Source: Azolla caroliniana | Taxonomy: Eukaryota > Plantae > Polypodiophyta | Length of the DNA stretch: 64,000 bases | Direction of reading: 5' to 3' | Assembly: GCA_043228905.1 (NCBI GenBank) | Contig: JBHGNT010000015.1 | Location: 5,146,001 to 5,210,000 of the forward strand | Shown here: piece by piece, positions 61,115 to 64,000 of the stretch | Layout: each line of letters begins with the position of its first letter | Numbering within the stretch: position 1 is the first letter of the stretch | The notes under the pieces: model-generated | The model's input: only the letters and a program-made list of their open reading frames with translations | Told to the model about the DNA's origin: nothing | Database searches by the model: none | Program-made: the position numbers and the translations under genes

Positions 61115-63255
61115 GTTTTGGCTTAGCGCAACGCTCTCGTTTTATAGCCCCCTTGCTCTGCATCCTCTCTATGTGGGACGTTCTTATCTTGCGTCTGTGT
61201 ATTCACCATGACACGCACGCACAACCGTCATCGCGCCACCATCCTCTCACGTCAATCTACCCACTCACTATTGGTGGTTCACTTTAACCTCGTCCATGTT
61301 TAGCCCCTTCACGTTTCCGTTCATATCTATAGATCGCACATCACACGCTCCAACCTCGCCTACCTTCTCCTTCTCGTAATTAATTTAAGTACAGCGGCTA
61401 GAGAGAAACCATGCGCGTCGTGACGTAGAACCGTGCGTCAATGGCCATGGGTTGCCGAAGCTGTAGAATAACAAAGGAGGGAAACACCGATGCGATGTCC
61501 ATGTACAACCAACACGCTCGCACAATCCTTGAGCACTGGCCGAGACGTGAATCCACGCGTGCGTCGCTTGTGCAATCCCCGTCGACAGCCGAAGAACGTG
61601 AGGAGGATGAGGCGCATGTCTCACATCAGTCAATTTTGAGAATCACTTCCCGTCTCCCAAGCGCACAAATTGCGCAGATATGAGGAGGAGATACAACGCT
61701 TTCTAAAAGTTCGGAACGTCGGGAGCAAGAACTTCAAGTCGTGCGTTGCAAGCCCGGAGGAAACATAAGACGAAGCACGGAAATAGCAACAACGCAACCC
61801 TTGAGCTACATCAGGGTTGTTCTTCTGAATCATGTGCTTTATCGTCTTCTACATTATTTCTTCTCCCTTGCGTGTACATGTTGAAGCCATTATTTTAACG
61901 TATAGATCGTTAGATCATGTTGCCTTGGCCATACTTTATGCGTCGTATAAATCGTATGCGTGTTAAATGTATTGCTTGTGAGGTTTACGCCTACATTACG
62001 CATTACACTATCTACTCCGTTATTCGAAATCCATATAGTACATGTTTGATAGGAGATGTTGTCTCATGCGTGTATCAGGTCAATGGCTCAAACCTCATGT
62101 TTCATATACCCCTCCGGTCGCCGAGTGTCCGTAGAGCCCAAAGGCGTTTATTACGCGTCTCGATTGCATCGTCATTGGATTGCGTCTTTGTTTAAGATCC
62201 GTTTATGTATGCATATGGATGGGATCGCGTGTATGCCTATGCGATGTTATACATGTCCTAGACATGTAGTGTGCATGTTCAGAATTTGTTATACGATATC
62301 GGTATCATATGCATGATGGTGTGTGTTTCGGGGTTTAGGGTCGCGGTGCCCACCCTCGCATTTCTGTGGGGAAGGTGCGGTGACCATCCTTATTTAACGA
62401 AATTAGTGCTACTACCCTCGGTCGCCCCGATTGTGCCATATGTAAAAATTGCGCAAAGCATGGCCACGGTCGGTGTATGTTGCCTTGGATCATGGTGTCT
62501 TGCCCATTCCCCGCCCATTTAAGGGGAATTAGGGTTAGACCCACTTCTCATTGGGTCGCCCTTACGAATCCCGCATCGAGTCTCCCGCGTTCGTTACTTG
62601 ATTAGGGGGGCGTCACGAGACCATCATTGTGAAACGCATTGGTCATGAGATAACCATGTGACGGGCCACACTAGCTTCAATGCGGAGAAGAGGGCGCGTG
62701 TCGGCGTGGCCATTCGGTTGCTCATTAGTGTGTGCCATTGTCATGACGAGACTCGAGGTTGGGTAACGTGAAAACGTAGTTACCTAGATGCAACGATGCG
62801 GAACATATTTCCTTGAGGTTTACGCGCGCCGGTCGTTCAAGTAATTGTAAATTCTCTTTCCCTCGACATGCAGTGGGGCCTAATGATTTACTACGTGCAG
62901 ACGGGTGGATCTCCATTACAATTCTCGCTCGATTCGGGAAGCTCACACGATTTCGTGAACGTTCGTTTGGTTCAGATATGGGGGCTTATAACCACCAATA
63001 ACGAATCGCACCTATAAGGTGCACTTGGCGATGGGAGAGTATGTATATCCCGACTTGGTATAGGGATGGATAATAGGGTGGCTACAACCAAACAACAACA
63101 AATGTGGTCCCCACGATCGGCCAAGGTGGTTTCGATGCAATGAGAGGACAAAAGTTTGCTTTAAATGTTGAGATGATTATATAACGTATATCCCACATGG
63201 TGAGGCATGTTAGGGTGCAGCCTATAAGAAGCAAATCGGTTCTTCAAGAGAACTC

Positions 63256-63463
63256 ATACCTTTCTCGGCCTTTTGGCTAAGATCAAGTGTAGTATCTGTT
63301 CTTATCAGTTTAATATCTGATACGCGGCCTATCAGGCCGCACGATATTAACCTAATTTCTTTCATGGGGGCAGCTCTCGCTCAAGGCAGCTTGCTGCATT
63401 TGGGAGTTGCGTGCGTCGCCTCAGCCTTGCACTGATGTTGAGGTCACATAGGCGCGCCCTCAT
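63256..63463 (+). ncRNA. U2: U2 snRNA copy 7
   Basis: Same as copy 1. Confidence 0.98.
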
Positions 63464-64000
63464 TCTACAATGATAATAAAAATGAAGGAAGGTGTTACAT
63501 AGGCGCGCCCTCATTCTACAATGATAATAAAAATGAAGGGAGATGTTCCATAGGCGCGTCCCGCTTCTAATGATAATCTAAAGGACGATGTCACGCGGAT
63601 GAACGTTCTAGATAAATGCATCTATCTTTTCCCACATTTCTTTAGGTACTAGAACGGAAGGCTTTCAACGCGCGGTGAACGTCCATGAATCGAGCAGAGA
63701 GACGAGCCAAACCGATGCCCGGGCTATAAAGAAGAACTATTGGAATGGGAGAGAAGATAAATGGAGGATGCGGCGGGCGTCCGCCTATGGTCGTTAGGCG
63801 TACGTATGTGGTCTCTCATGGTCCAAGGCAGAGAAGTGAACTAGATTTTACATCGACGCATGTGCAGCTCGTCGCGTGTATCCACTCAGAATTCTCTTCA
63901 CTCTTACCATGGGCACGCCATGTGCCACCTCCGGCCTATGACACGTGTATATCCTATACGTGTATATCCCCGCTCGATGGTTCTTTATACTCCTCTCGTT

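Larger units (their letters stand above)
40374..64000. repeat. 3323-bp tandem array (more than 7 units, running off the window), each unit with a U1 and a U2 snRNA gene
   Basis: All ORF and motif coordinates recur at exactly +3323. Confidence 0.99.

Noticed and set aside
40424-63001. Many short ORFs recurring every 3323 bp
   Set aside because: No recognisable domains, overlapping on both strands and some overlapping U1; by-products of the repeat

Overview
Eukaryotic land-plant genomic DNA; a seed-free plant such as a fern is inferred from the transposon types and is not proven. 1-5.6 kb: the 5' part of a spliced CSC1/OSCA/ERD4-family channel gene and an intronless His-rich B3-domain gene. 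6.6-40.3 kb: nested retrotransposon debris. It includes a duplicated B3 gene broken by a full-length Copia element, a 300-bp foldback element carrying a 5S rRNA Pol III promoter, and a 22-kb tRNA-Trp-primed Gypsy element with further insertions. 40.4-64 kb: a near-perfect 3323-bp tandem array whose ORFs are spurious. Every unit carries one U1 snRNA gene (minus strand) and one U2 snRNA gene (plus strand), head-to-head, 7 of each in the window. Both promoters have a 22-nt USE-TATA spacing, which is Pol III-type by the angiosperm rule. Both also share a CARTGATA 3'-box-like motif and lack an oligo-T terminator. The U2 Sm site is non-canonical and the U2 3' end is triplicated. The large Gypsy element sits inside an older, decayed terminal unit of this array. 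All coordinates were read by eye and no database searches were run.
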